Origin: Squalus acanthias
Taxonomy: Eukaryota
DNA length: 64,000 bases
NCBI GenBank assembly: GCA_030390025.1
Contig: CM059432.1
Coordinates: 147,748,001-147,812,000 of the forward strand
Direction: 5' to 3'
Numbering within the stretch: position 1 is the stretch's first letter; every line of letters begins with the position of its first letter. Below, in pieces: positions 49,244-61,760 of this stretch. Below the pieces are notes generated by a model. That model worked only from the letters and a program-made list of their open reading frames with translations. It was not told the DNA's origin and searched no databases. The translations under genes were made by a program, and so were the position numbers.

Positions 49244-49647
49244 CAAGAGTGTACACAGTACTCCAGGTGTGGCCTCACCAGGGCCCTGTATAACTGTAGT
49301 AAGTCTTCTTTACTCTTATACTCCAATCTATTTGTAATAAAGGCTAACATATCATTTGCTTTCCTAATTGCTTGCTGCAGCTGCATGTTAACTTTCTGTG
49401 ATTTGTGTACAAGGACAGCCAGGTCCCTCTGAGTGCAAACATTTCCCAGTCTGTCAACATTTAAAACATATTCTGCTTTTCTATTTTTCCTGCCAAAGTG
49501 GTTAACTCCACACCTCCAACCGATGGAACAACCTTTTGATGAACTATGAAATTAAAGGAAGAAAGACTTGCATTTATATAGCGCCTTTCACAACCTCAGG
49601 ACATCCCTAAGTGCTTTACAGCCAAGTAAGTACTTTTTTGAAGTGTA

Positions 49648-51130
49648 GGCCACGAATTTCCCAGCGGAGGCGGGATGGTGGCGGGAGAGCTGGTTTCTGG
49701 GTTCCAGTCACGATCCTGGCTGCAGCCGCTCTGTCAAAAGGATTTTCCCTTGATTGGCCTTGTTAAGCCCACCCTGCGGGCTTCCCGGCCAATTAACAGG
49801 AAGCGGGTCTGATGACGTCATTTGATGACGCGTCATCAGCCGGTTTTCTAAAAGGGACCACGGCCACATGGAGTTTGACACTTGTTCTGTCAGTGTTCTG
49901 CAGCATTGAGGTGCTTCAAACACTGACAAGCACTGCACAAAGGTGGACGCTTGCACCCAGGCTCTCCAATGACTCCCTCCATATCCTTATGGAGGGAGTC
50001 ACAGCATGCAGGGAGGTTCTGTTCCCTTCCAAGGGTGGAAGAGACCTCCCCAGGACACCAACGCAGCCTGGTTGCACATTGCATAGGAGGGCAAAAGCAG
50101 GGATGTCGTCAGGGGTCCCTGGTTGCAGTGGCGCCAACCTTTCAATTATCTCACGAAATGTTACTGCAAAGCCACACTCTAACTCACCCTACTGTGCCAC
50201 TCAACACATCCCCATCACTCTGCCTTCCATATCCTTCTCCTGCACATCCTTACTCACACCAACTTACCTTGCACCTCCAGCCATCCCTCTCTATCTACAT
50301 TATCACTTCCACATCTCACTAGCCACCCCTCACACTCACCCTCATCCAACTAACAACACTCAAGGGTAGGCACGTGAGGTGTTTAGCCAATGTCCATGTG
50401 AAGTTTCTGGTAATGTGTTGTCATACAGTGAAATCTACTTTTCCAACACTACCCCTTATTGGACAGATCTGAGCGCACCTTGAGAAGTGTCTTACTGAGT
50501 GCCAGTGAATGTTGAGACAGAATTCCACCCACCCCCACTGCTATGGTGATGAGTGTGCATGGAATGGCTTGGACATTAAAGGGATGCTTCACGGTGTTGG
50601 TGTGGGATGGTGTCAACCTGGCACATCATGTGGCAGCCAGGGTTTACAGCATCAAGTGAAGAAAGTCTGGCCATGGTGATGCCATCGCTGGCCTCCCGGG
50701 CAGCAATGTTGTCAGGGGCTGATGCCCTGTGTCCAGTGCAGCATCAGGTGATGGCGGTGAAGGTTGGTGGTGTTGTTGGTGATGTTGGTATGCCTGGTGA
50801 TGTTGGTGTTGGGGCTGATCGTGGCAGGATTCGGAGGACCAAGGTCTGATTGTTTCATTGGCTCCGATGTTGCTGGAATAGATGGCAGCTGCAGGTGAGA
50901 TGACAGAAGCGATCTGTCAATGGTGAGAGAGGTTGTTCCAATGAGGTGGCACTGGACATGCAGTTGCCTCTAAACACTTGCAAGCTAAAGAAATCTCTAT
51001 GTATTAAAAATGCAGTAACCAACAGTTTCTGCGCTCTGAAACTGACCATCTGCAACATGACATCCTCGACACCACTTCTGGAGCTGTCAGCTTCTCAGAA
51101 ACATCAGAGCAGACTCTGTGTGGGGGCATG
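49648..51130. mobile_element. Degraded Harbinger relic with Myb exon 1 remnant (+)
   Basis: GGCCACGAATTTCC end; APRLSNDSLHILMEGVTACREVLFPS. Confidence 0.55.
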
Positions 51131-52245
51131 GGGGGGTGGGGGAAGGTAAGCAGGGTTTCTTTGGGGTTGAGTTTGTTCCAAAATAACAAACCTGGCAATG
51201 GGATATTGGAATCAAGTTTATGTCCTGTAGCAGGCTCGATAATCCAATAGCTAAGACAGCAGGTCGGCAGTAATCAAGGGCACTGTTGATAATTAGCCAT
51301 GCAGCCTACCTTTATAGATCATACTGTCATCATGCTCCGGAATCACTTCTCATATGGCTCTTGATAACCAGTATTTGTGTTTTTTACATCAGTGTCTCGG
51401 TGTTCTATGTAAAGAGCTTTTTATGTGTTCTATAAAAAGGCATGTCCAAGCAATTTCAAAACAAATATTTAGGAAAAGACAGATTGTGCAAACACCGGTA
51501 CTATTAGAGTGTGTTATGATAAGAGCATGAAATGGTGTCTGTCATGCTGCTTGGATTGATATATTAATCAATCAGTCAATAGTAATTATTTACTATAGCT
51601 CCCATTTTAATATCACCTGCAAATGTGGACAACATATCCTCCGTATCCAAATCATTAATGTACATGGTGAACAGAAAGGTTCCCAGATCAGAACCCTGTG
51701 GGACACTGCTACCCATTCTGAGGAACTACCCTCAACTCCAAGGAAGATTTTAACATTGAGGAGCGCTTTGGGGGGCGGGGGGGGGGGAGGGCGGTTAAAG
51801 TCGTCGAAAACGCGATCGTGTCCGGAAGCTGGCTCCGCTGCGCTGACCTCCGGGTTTAACGCAGGAATGTTCGGCTGCATGTGCATAACCCCCTCTGGAG
51901 AGGCGTGTTGGCAATTTGAATACGTTAATCACTGAATTGCAGCGATATTTCAATGGTCATTTAAATTTAACGTGCATGCATGGCTTTCCCTGGCTTCCTG
52001 AAACTCACCGTTGAAACCAAGGTGAGAAGAGAACAGCAGCTTCACCTGTGATCATGCTAGTCAGATGAGTGGCAGTGGTGGATGGATAGATGGGGATGTG
52101 AGGAAGTGCACAGAAAGAGAAGGATGGGTGCGCTTGCAAGGTAAGTGGGTGTGAGGAGTGATGTGATGGAGTAGGCTTGACAAGGCAGAGTGAGGGGGTG
52201 CGATGAGATGCGCACAGCAGTATGTCGGTGAGTGTGAAACTGTGC

Positions 52246-52494
52246 TCACTTTCCTGAACTGGTTAGGTCATTAAAGCACTTGCTGCACTGAATCCAGGAG
52301 CGTGGCACAATGCTCCTGCTGCTGACCTCCTGGCCCACCTCCAGCCGCGCCTTCTTTGTGGCAGCAGCAGGTTTCATCCTCCCATTGCTGGGGCAGAGTA
52401 TCTCTCTCCGGCTCCTCACGGCCCCCATCAGTGCATCAAGGGCAGCGCCATTGAAGCGGGGCGCAGCCTTCGAGCGTCCTGAATCCATTGTCAC
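52246..52494 (-). pseudogene. Myb/SANT exon 1, reading frame still open
   Basis: APRFNGAALDALMGAVRSRREIL...RSWIQCSKCFNDLTSSGK|GTGAG. Confidence 0.85.
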
Positions 52495-52499
52495 ACCAT

Positions 52500-53236
52500 G
52501 GGCTGGATTTTCAATGACCCGTGGAGTCAGGTTTGGAGGCGTGTGGGGGGGTTAAAGTTGCAGATTCGTGGGTCCCGACTCCATTCCGCCTCCACGCAAT
52601 TTTGACAAAATCAGTCGCGGGGTTCCCGACTCCGTCCCGCCTCCAAGAGGCGGGAGAGGCCATTAAAGCCCTTAACAAGGCCTAAATTGGCTCTGTAATG
52701 CCATTTTGAAACGTTTTAGCTAGTTTAACCCTTTTCCGACGTGAAGCACGCCTGATGTGAAACACGCCAGTGAAACCTGGCGGGAGCACAAGTGGATAGC
52801 TGACTATCAGCTGCAGGTCCACTATTACAACGGAGATGTGATGAAGGTAGTAGTAGTATTAGGTCTGAAAGTCGCCTCTGATGCTGCTGCATTGAATGTC
52901 TTCAGAAACTGCCTGGGAGGACTTGGTTGCAAATTTTCTCTCTCTCTCTCTCTCTCTCTCTCACTGAGATGAGCATTTTGCATTCAGGTCCTCTCACAGC
53001 AAAGGCCAGGCAATCTCTGAGACCAGGCAGTCAGTCTCTGACCTGCAATGATGACATCATCAGAGGCGACTTTCAGACTGAAACCACTAATTAGTTCATG
53101 GGTTCCCACATGCTGGAACTCAATTGCCCAATTAAGTGAAAATTGCATCATTCATCCACATTAATCTGGAGTCGGGGGGACAACACGAAATGCGGGTAAC
53201 ACGACTCCAACCCGACCCCAAGACAAAATCCAGCCC
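52500..53236. mobile_element. MITE with perfect 12-bp TIR
   Basis: GGGCTGGATTTT / AAAATCCAGCCC flanked by AT on both sides. Confidence 0.8.
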
Positions 53237-53539
53237 ATGTCTTCACATGCTTCCAACTCCAAACTCCTCCAAATTCCATCTTTGGATTGGCCCTTTAAAT
53301 ACTGGAGTTGAGATCGTGTCATGCGGGTCCTCATCACACCCGCTGTCACGCATCCAATGCCAAAGCCTGAAGTAATCCCATAATTAGGTGGCTGCGTTAA
53401 AATGCCACAGACAGACACACTGAAAGTTTTTCTGGGTTTCTCACCCGATATCGGATCCCCTCCACTCCAAACGCACCTCTGAGTTATTATAGGGGCCACA
53501 CTGTCTGTTTCCTCCCTTCAAACCAGTTTTTAATTTAAT

Positions 53540-53880
53540 TTGCTAAAAGTGGGATGAAGGGGGGGGAGGAGGGTCAACAGGCTGGAGTCAGAAGCATGGA
53601 GTATTTGTGGGGTTGTAGGACTGGAGGAGGTTACAGAGATAGGGAATGGTGATGCCATGGAGGGATTTAAACACAAGGATAAGATTGTCAAATAGAGGGA
53701 CTGGGAATCAATGTAGATCACCAAGGACAGGATTAATGGGTGAGCGGGACAGGATATGAGCACCAGAATCTTAGATGAGCTGATGTTTGTGGAGGCTGGA
53801 AGATGGGAGACCAACCAGGAGAGCATTGGAGTAATTAACTCTGGGGTTGACAAAGGCATGGATGAGGGTTTCAGTGGCAG
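53540..53880 (-). mobile_element. L2 LINE 3' fragment
   Basis: Similar to 22030-22480. Confidence 0.7.
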
Positions 53881-55764
53881 AAGGATATTACTACTGTAAA
53901 ATAGTGTTTGTTTACAGTAATAAAACTGCTACTGATGTCTCAAGGTTCCCCCATAAGCCACTGCAACTCAGTTGTAATGGGCACGTGCTGACGAGTCACA
54001 TGATACCGGTGCTCGAAATGTAGGTGGCGATTCAACCTGCTCTGTGCAGCCTTTTATGCAGCCTTTTTACTGATGCATAATTACATAGCACTGGTGGGAT
54101 TCAGTCATGAAAAATACTTATAATTAGTAACATTGGGGTCAGTCACAGTGAGGAGCTAAGAAAGTATCAGCTATGAATTGAGAAATGTCGTAGAAATCTG
54201 ACAACATCACAATGCGAGTTTTAAACTATTACTTCTAGACAACAAAATAAATAGCCATGCAGGTCGGATTTGCGTGGGGAGCGGAAGAGAAAGTTCTCAA
54301 TGAGCGGTGCCTGCTGGCAATTGCAACAGGGCTCAGTAGTAAGCACCATCACCACAAGGACTGCAGCGGTTTAAGGACAAAGCCCACCACCACCTTTTCA
54401 GGGCAAGTAGGGATAAGCAATAAATGAGGCTTTGCCAGCATCTTGCACATCCTAAGAATATATATATATATATATAATTTTAATTTCTAACTGAATTTGT
54501 AGGTGTTTATTGTTGATGAATGAAACCAAATACAGAAGAATCCTGATATATTCAATAAATTGTATGAAAAGACCTTTAAAATAACAAAATGCCAAAATAA
54601 ATGTAGGAACAAATTAAGAATTGATAAAGACCAACATTGTGTGTATCTCTGGATACATTCCAGTGGGAGGAACTGGAGTATATAGATTTGCGATGAAGTC
54701 TGGCAACGACTTTAGTTCCATATCCATTGCCATTCTGAGATAAGATCGTTTTGGTTGGAAAATGTAGCAGATAAAGTATCAACATATCCCGAGCTCCTTT
54801 GAACATAACTCTTGCATCGAGGGTTCTCTCAGTCCCCTTTCAGGCTTTCAAGCACTTTATTTCCTTCTTTACAAGTGATGGAATGTTGGGTATACCGGAA
54901 GGTTAAGTAGTGACAAGCCCATGTCCCACTGCATTTTCAGTACAACTATGTGGCCAGAGTACTGCGGCACTGTTGCTACCTGCGTCTGCATACACCGGAT
55001 GAAGACAGATTAGCCCATGTGCATAATTTACTCGCACTCTGGGTGCATCTCTCATTCTGGGCTACACTGTCGGGTGCCTGTGACCATTGAGGTCCATTTG
55101 TAATCCATTGTGCACTGGGCACTTTCCCGACAGGGGTTGGGGCATTGGGGGCGGGGGGGGGGGGGAGGGGGGCAAGGGGCAGAGGTTGCAGGGGGTGCCG
55201 AGAGGCAGCAGGCATGGAAGGCAAAGGTCAGCTATAACCCTAATGGTTAGCCTTCCCCTTGGCGACAGCAATGCTCGGGCACTCCAGTTATATTATGGGG
55301 TGGGTGGCTCATTTAAATACAACTCAGGGGCCGAATAACCCTAGCTTACAACTTGTGTGCTGCCTCCTGGCTCCATTTTGTGTTCACTGTCTAAACTGAG
55401 GCCCACTGATGTCCCTTGGGCATGTTATAGGCCTTAGGCTTCTGTGTCTGATTTTCCAGGTTGCCCTACATGTCATATACCTATGTTTAGGTCTGTCTTT
55501 GAGTTGTCAGCTTTTTTAGGGATTTCTTTAAAATGTTGGTCAGCTTTTGTTAGGTTGGCATGTGTGAAAAGTGGGATTTTTCACCTTGCGGTAATCAGGC
55601 AGTAAAATTGCTGACATTCCAGATGCGTGGTGTGTACTTGCGCTACTTACACTAGGGGAACTTCGACAACTTCTACAGACTCCACAGCTGAAGGATCATC
55701 TCAGAGTAAACCTACTTCCTGAGGTGCAGCCTGATATTTGATCCACACAATATCATTTCAGAAA

Positions 55765-56180
55765 AAAATATTCTTGGGATGTGGCCGTCGCTGGCAAGGC
55801 TGGCACTTATTGCCCATCCCCAGTTGCCCTCGAGAAGGTGGGGGTGGACCTTCTTCTTGAACCGCTGCAGTCCGTGTGGTGAAGGAACTCCCACAATGCT
55901 GTAAGGTAGGGAGTTCCAGGATTTTGACCCAGTGACAATGAAGGAACATTGATACATGTCCAAGCCAGGATGGTGCGTGACTTAGAGGGGATATTGGAGG
56001 TGATGGTATTACAATGCACTTGCTGCCTTGTCCTTCTAGGTGGTGGAGGTCATGGGTTTGAGAGCTGGTTCCAAAGAAGCCTTGGCAAGTTATTACAGTT
56101 CATCCTGTAGATAGTGCACACCGCAGCCACGGTGCAGCGGTGGTGGAGGGAGTGGATGTTTAGGCTGGTGGAAGAAGTGC
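55765..56180 (-). mobile_element. 3' end of the LINE family at 5290
   Basis: Matches 5300-5710. Confidence 0.85.
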
Positions 56181-56596
56181 TTTATCTTGGATCATCTCAA
56201 TATTATGGTTTATTTTTCTGATCCCTCAGTCCAACCGCAAAAATCCAGTAATTTAGCCAACACCAAAACTAGCAAGCATGTTCTCTGCTTTCATCAGCAT
56301 CAACTAGATTGAAAAGTAGCTTCCAATTCAAAACTGCTTACAGAGTGTGCCACCTAAGTCAGGTGTTTGACGGAAGTGTGAGATGACAACTGCGGAGTGA
56401 AACTGAAACCATCTGTCACGTCCTTTGGGTGGTGAACATGACATTGACCCAGTGGTGATTCTCCATCCTTTACAACTGAACATCACTGCTCTCCTCTTCA
56501 CTGCGTCAGTTCCTCTTGCACAAGTACCTTTCTGGTTCATTTTTTGAACTTGTAATCCAAAGTTTTGGCTCAGTACTTATGTATTGGCACAAATAC

Positions 56597-56810
56597 AAGA
56601 GCAAAATACTGCGGGTGCTGGAAATCTGAAACAAAAACAGAAAATATGGGAATTACTCAGCTGGTCAGGCAGCATCTGTGGAGAGAGAAACAGAGTTAAA
56701 CGTTTCAGGAAAGTTTCTGACGAAGGGTCATCGACCTGAAACGTTTAACTCTGTTTCTCTCTCTCTACAGTTGCTGCCTGACCTGCTGAGTATTTCCAGC
56801 ATTTTCTGTA
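56597..56810. mobile_element. Inverted pair of Penelope-like termini
   Basis: Inverted arms as at 39466; hammerhead core on + strand. Confidence 0.75.
56710..56762 (+). ncRNA. Minimal hammerhead ribozyme motif
   Basis: CTGACGA (56717-56723), stem II GGTC/GACC, GAAA (56738-56741), CGT. Confidence 0.65.
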
Positions 56811-57622
56811 TTGGTACAAAGTTTATTTCTTTCAGGGGCCGAGAAGCTGTCCTGCTTGTTAAGGCGCTAACCTGGGATAATCGCAGCTCAAAACCCATTT
56901 CTAAATTTTGATGAACGGTAGGGGGAATGCTGAGAGGAAACCTCAGCCGTCTGAGCTGCTTGTAAATTCTTCACACTTGGTGACAAAAAGGTCCACCATG
57001 GAACCGAATTACCAGCAAATGGAAATCAAATCCTAATTATATTATGGGAAGGCCTGAAGCAAGCCCTAATTCTGACACATTGGCACAAATGTATACCAGA
57101 AATCTACTGAAATAATACTGTTAATATTCCTTTGCCAGTTTAGAATTCCAATTTAGTGTCACCGATTTGACACGCTGTTCTCAAGTTATTTTGAACGGGA
57201 CTCTGTTTTACCAACAGCATCACGAGAAAGAAAACTAAACCAGTCATCTTCTCTAACATAGTTACAGCATATCACTACAGTTGTGCTCCTCTCTTCCCAA
57301 TGAGTTGGCCTGACTGAAGCTGCCAGCAGATGTCAGTATAATACAGGATAAAAGCTCCAATGGCATGAGAACATTTGCTTGCTTATACTGATGATTCCAG
57401 CATGAAGTCTGCTCTCTGCTTTTAAACACACATGCACTGTGGTGCCGATTATTCCCTGATGATGAGCCAACTTACCTGTTCCTTCCTGAGACATTCACTT
57501 TCACAAAAGGAATATCATCAATCCTTTCAGTTGACTCTCATTTTGCCTCTCCCACGACAAGCCCTTCTCAATATTCATGGAACCTCCCATGATGCTAATC
57601 ACAGTGAGGCAGAGGATATAAT

Positions 57623-58360
57623 GGGCCGTATTTTCCGATCCCCACACCCGTAGGGACCTCGCAAGCGCCGGTTTCAGGCATGCCAAGCGTATGCGCTGAA
57701 AACCGGCATTTCCGATCGGTCAAGAATGTTCTTGACAGATCCTCCGCCTGCCCTAGAGAAGGGCCTCTGCGGGGGGAGAGTTCCGCTTTCTGCAGAACCT
57801 CCACCCGCTGAAAACCCTTAGAAATCTTATGCCTGGTAAAAGCCTGCGTAAGGCCTGCTTTTACCAGCATAAGAGTTGAAAAAAAGTTTTAAAAAATTTT
57901 TTTTCACTCATTTATAATTTAAAAATACTTTTAAAAAAGGTAAGTTTATTTTTAGCCCCGCAAAAAACTTTAATTACTTTTGTCAAAAAATTTAATTTTT
58001 GTTTAAAATATTTAATTTATTGTAATTTGAACTCATTTTTAAAAAGTGATTTTTTTTTTTTGATTTATTTAATGTTTTACTGTGTTTTTGGGGTGATCCC
58101 CATTAATATATTTGACAGGTCTGTCTGTCAAAAGTATGAAGGGAGATTTCTTTCTCCTATTGGCTGGCCTGGCCCACGTGATCCCAGGGACGCTTGTGAA
58201 CCGCCTGCACCCCTGGGATACGTGGGCCTTGCGCATTTCGACTGTGGAGAGGCCCAGGAGCGGAAGTGTCCGGATCTCGGGAGCCCTCAGGTAAGAGCGT
58301 AGATTTTTCCCCATCGGAGGCCTCTGCACGCAGGAAGACTCCGATCGGAAAATACGGGCC
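57623..58360. mobile_element. Harbinger-type MITE (divergent relative of the 760-bp family)
   Basis: 18-bp TIR GGGCCGTATTTTCCGATC / GATCGGAAAATACGGGCC; TSD AAT. Confidence 0.88.
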
Positions 58361-58724
58361 AATGTTTTATAATGTGGGCCTGCACCTGAAATCAACCATT
58401 CACTTCTACACCCAGAAAAGCCGTCATCTTCTTTTCTCTACCATCTCCCAATGCATCCTTGCCCACCTCAAAAGAATGTATATGTCTCTCTCACCCTCCC
58501 ACCCCCCCAACCACCCCCACCGCCTTCAACAGGAACTTCCCTCCTGTTGTTGGAGCAAAGGTTATGGGAAAGTTTATGATTGTTTTGTTAATTTTGTGTT
58601 GGTTATATATGTGATAAATTTTGTTTCTAGAAATGAGGTGGGTGAAAATGTGTTTGTATCTTGGAGAATTTATTTTTGTTGAAATGTGATTGGATAGATT
58701 GTTTAGGCATAAAAATAAATGATG

Positions 58725-59050
58725 CTCAAACACGTGCCACGCAAACACATGGCACTCAAAAACACGTCACTCAACACATGGCACTCAAAAACACGTCACT
58801 CGAACATGGCACTCAAAAACACGTCGCTCAAACATGGCATTAAACATATGACTCTTAAACACATGACACTCAAACACGTGACACTCAAACACGTGACATT
58901 CAAATGCGTGGCACTCAAACACGTGACATTCAAATGCGTGGCACTGAAACGCGTGGCATTCAAACGCGGGCACTCAAACATACGACAGTCAATCACAATG
59001 CACTGAAACATGGCACTCACACACATGGCACTCACACACATGGTACTCAG
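58725..59050. repeat. ~15-bp minisatellite (AAACACGTGRCACTC), about 22 units
   Basis: Tandem variant units. Confidence 0.9.
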
Positions 59051-59229
59051 GCAAACAAAATAGCAAACAGGTCCTGCAAGAAGCGCAGGACCCTAATTGA
59101 AATATCCTCTTCAGCTCTTTACATAATTCTGATAGACACTCTTGACGCCGACTGCGTTGCCGATACCACACTGATCGTAATGAGATTGCACTTTCTGCCC
59201 ACCGTATTGAAGACTTAGGTCAAATTGCT

Positions 59230-60295
59230 AGGCAGTCTGACAACACAGAGGCAGTGGAGGGGTTGAGAGAGGTGGTAGTGAGGTAACGCTGGGTGTCGTT
59301 GGCATACATCTGGAACCTGATGTCTTGTTTTCAGATGATGTCACCAAGGGGCAGCATGTAGATGAAAAATAAGAAGAGGCCAAGGCTGGATCCTTGAAGG
59401 ACTCCAGAGGTAACAGTGACAGTGGGGGAAGAGAAGCCATTGCAGGAGATCCTCTGGCTATGACTGGACAGCTAAGAGTGGAACCACACGAGGGCAGTCC
59501 CACTCAGCTGGACAACGGAGAAGAAGCGTTTGGAGGAGGATGGTGTGGTCAACCGTGTCAAAGGCTGCAGAGAGGTCGAGAAGGCTGAAGAGAAATAATG
59601 CACCACTATCACAATCACAGAGGATGTCCTTTGTGACATTGATAAGGGCCGTTTCATAGCTATGGCAGGGGCGGGAAACTGACTGGAGAGGTTCAAACGT
59701 GGTGTTGTTGGAAAGGTGGGCACTAATTTGGTAGGTGACAACACATTAAAGGACTTTTGAGAAGAAATGGAGGTTAAAGATGAGGTGGTAGTTTGCAAGA
59801 ACAAAGGGGTCAAGGATTTTTTTTTTGAGGAGTGGGATGATAATGGCAGATTTGAGAGGGAGGGGGACAGTAACTGAGGAGAGGGAAATGTTTACAATAT
59901 CAGATAACATGGGGGCTAGGAAAGGAAATTGGTTGGTCAGCAGTTTGGTGGGAATAGGGTCGAGAGAGCAGGAGGGGTGACTCATGGAGAAGATGAGCTC
60001 AGAGAGGGCATGGTGGGAGATAGGAGAGACACTGAAGAAAGATGCGATTTCAGGTCTAGGGCAGGGGGGATCTTTGAGGGAAGCTTGGCCTTGAGCACCA
60101 GGGGAAGAGAGGGATGCAGCAGAGGCAGCTAAACGATGTTCTCAATCTGAGGGACAAAGAAATCCATGAGCTCCCTGTTGTTGGGGGTGAGGGTGGAGGG
60201 GGCAGGGGAGAGGGGTTTAAGGAGACAGTCAGCAGTGGAGAAAGGAAGCCGGAAGGATGATCCTGGAATAGTAAGCAGTTATGGCAGACGACGGC
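59230..60295 (-). mobile_element. L2 LINE ORF2 fragment
   Basis: CSLDPIPTKLL...LDPFVLANY. Confidence 0.85.
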
Positions 60296-60413
60296 ATAGC
60301 CCGATCGTGCTTGATGAAGCAGCTGAAGATGGTTGGGCCTGAGACACTGCCCTGAGGAACTCCTGCAGCGATGTCCTGGGGCTGTGATGATTGACCTTCA
60401 ACCACCACAACCA

Positions 60414-60507
60414 CCAAAGAGTCATCGACCTGAAACGTTAAATCTGTTTCTCTCTCCACAGATGCTGCCTGACCTGCTGAGTATTTCCAGCATTTTCTGT
60501 TTTTATT
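60414..60507 (+). mobile_element. 94-bp Penelope-terminus insertion
   Basis: 10-bp TSD ACCACAACCA (60404-60413, 60508-60517). Confidence 0.8.
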
Positions 60508-60582
60508 ACCACAACCATCTTCCTTTGTACTAGGTATGACTCCTAGCCAGTGGAGAGATTTCCCCCTGATTCCCATTGACTT

Positions 60583-61760
60583 TCTGGATTTCCAGAAGGC
60601 ATTCGATAAGGTGCCACATAAAAGGTTACTGCATAAGATAAGAGCTCACGGAATGGGGGGTAATATATTAGCATGGATAGAGAATTGGCTAACTAACAGA
60701 AAGCAGAGAGTCGGGATAAATGGGTCATTTTCTGGTTGGCAAACAGTAACTAGTGGGGTGCCACAGGGATCGGTGCTGGGGCCTCAACTATTTACAATCT
60801 ACATTAATGACTTGGATGAAGGGACCGAGTGCACTGTAGCCAGGTTTGCGGATGATACAAAGATGGGTGGGAAAGCAAGTTGTGCAGAGGACTCAAAGAA
60901 CCTGCAAAGGGATATAGACAGGCTAAGTGAGTGGGCAAACATTTGGCAGATGGAGTATAATGTGGGAAAGTGCGAGCTTATACACGTTGGCAGGAAAAAT
61001 AAAAAAGCAAATTATTATTTAAATGGAGAGAGATTACAAAATGCTACAGTTCAGAGGGACCTGGGGGTCCTTGTGCATGAAACACAAAAAGTTAGCATGC
61101 AGGTACAGCAAGTAATCAAAAAGGCAAATGGAATGTTGGCCTTTATTTCAAAGGGGTTGGAGTATAAAAGCAGGGAAGTTCTGCTGGAACTGTACAGGGT
61201 ATTGGTGAGACCACACCTTGAGTACTGCGTACAGTTTTGGTCTCCTTATTTAAGGAGGGATATACTTGCATTGGAGGCAGTTCAGAGACGATTCACTAGG
61301 TTAATTTCAGAGAAGAGGGGGTTGACTTATGAGGAAAGGTTGAGCAAGTTGGGCCTCTACTCATTGGAATTTAGAAGAATGAGAGGTGATCTTATTGAAA
61401 TATATAAGATACTGAGGGGGCTCGACGAGGTAGATGCAGAGAGGATGTTTCCCCTCGTGGGGAAATCTAGAATGCGGGTGCACAGTTTTAGAATAAAGGG
61501 TCGCCTTTTTAGAACTGAGCTGAGGAGGAATTTCTTCTCTCAGAGGGTCGTAAATCTGTGGAATTCTCTGCCCCAGAGAGCTGTGGAGGCTGGGTCATTG
61601 AATATATTTAAGGTGGAGATAGACAGATTTTTGCAAGATAAGGGAGTGAAGGGTTATGGGGAGCGGGCGGGGAACTGGCTTTGAGCCCAAGATCAGCCAT
61701 AATTTTATTGAATGGCGGAGCAGGCTCGAGGGGCCAAGTGGCCTATTCCTGATGTTCTTA
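60583..61760 (+). mobile_element. 5'-truncated CR1, RT C-terminal half open to 61684
   Basis: LDFQKAFDKVPH...FADD; TGACTT duplicated at 60577-60582 and 61761-61766. Confidence 0.93.

Larger units (their letters stand above)
46825..49510 (-). mobile_element. CR1 3' fragment split by a Harbinger element (46825-47365 and 49244-49510)
   Basis: GGAGACCAA|...|CAAGAGTGTACACAGTACTCC rejoins CR1 sequence. Confidence 0.85.
51742..53497. mobile_element. Internally deleted Harbinger element related to 26289-39336
   Basis: Ends GGAAGATTTTAAC / GTTATTATAGGGGCC; contains Myb exon 1. Confidence 0.6.

Noticed and set aside
52246..52494. Domesticated MSANTD/NAIF1-type host gene
   Set aside because: Isolated exon within transposon ends, downstream exons missing, MITE inserted just upstream
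54576..54900. Possible coding exon in unique sequence
   Set aside because: Only short frames, no recognisable motif
58719..59218. CRISPR-like array or repeat-protein ORFs
   Set aside because: Contiguous tandem units without unique spacers, no cas genes, eukaryotic context
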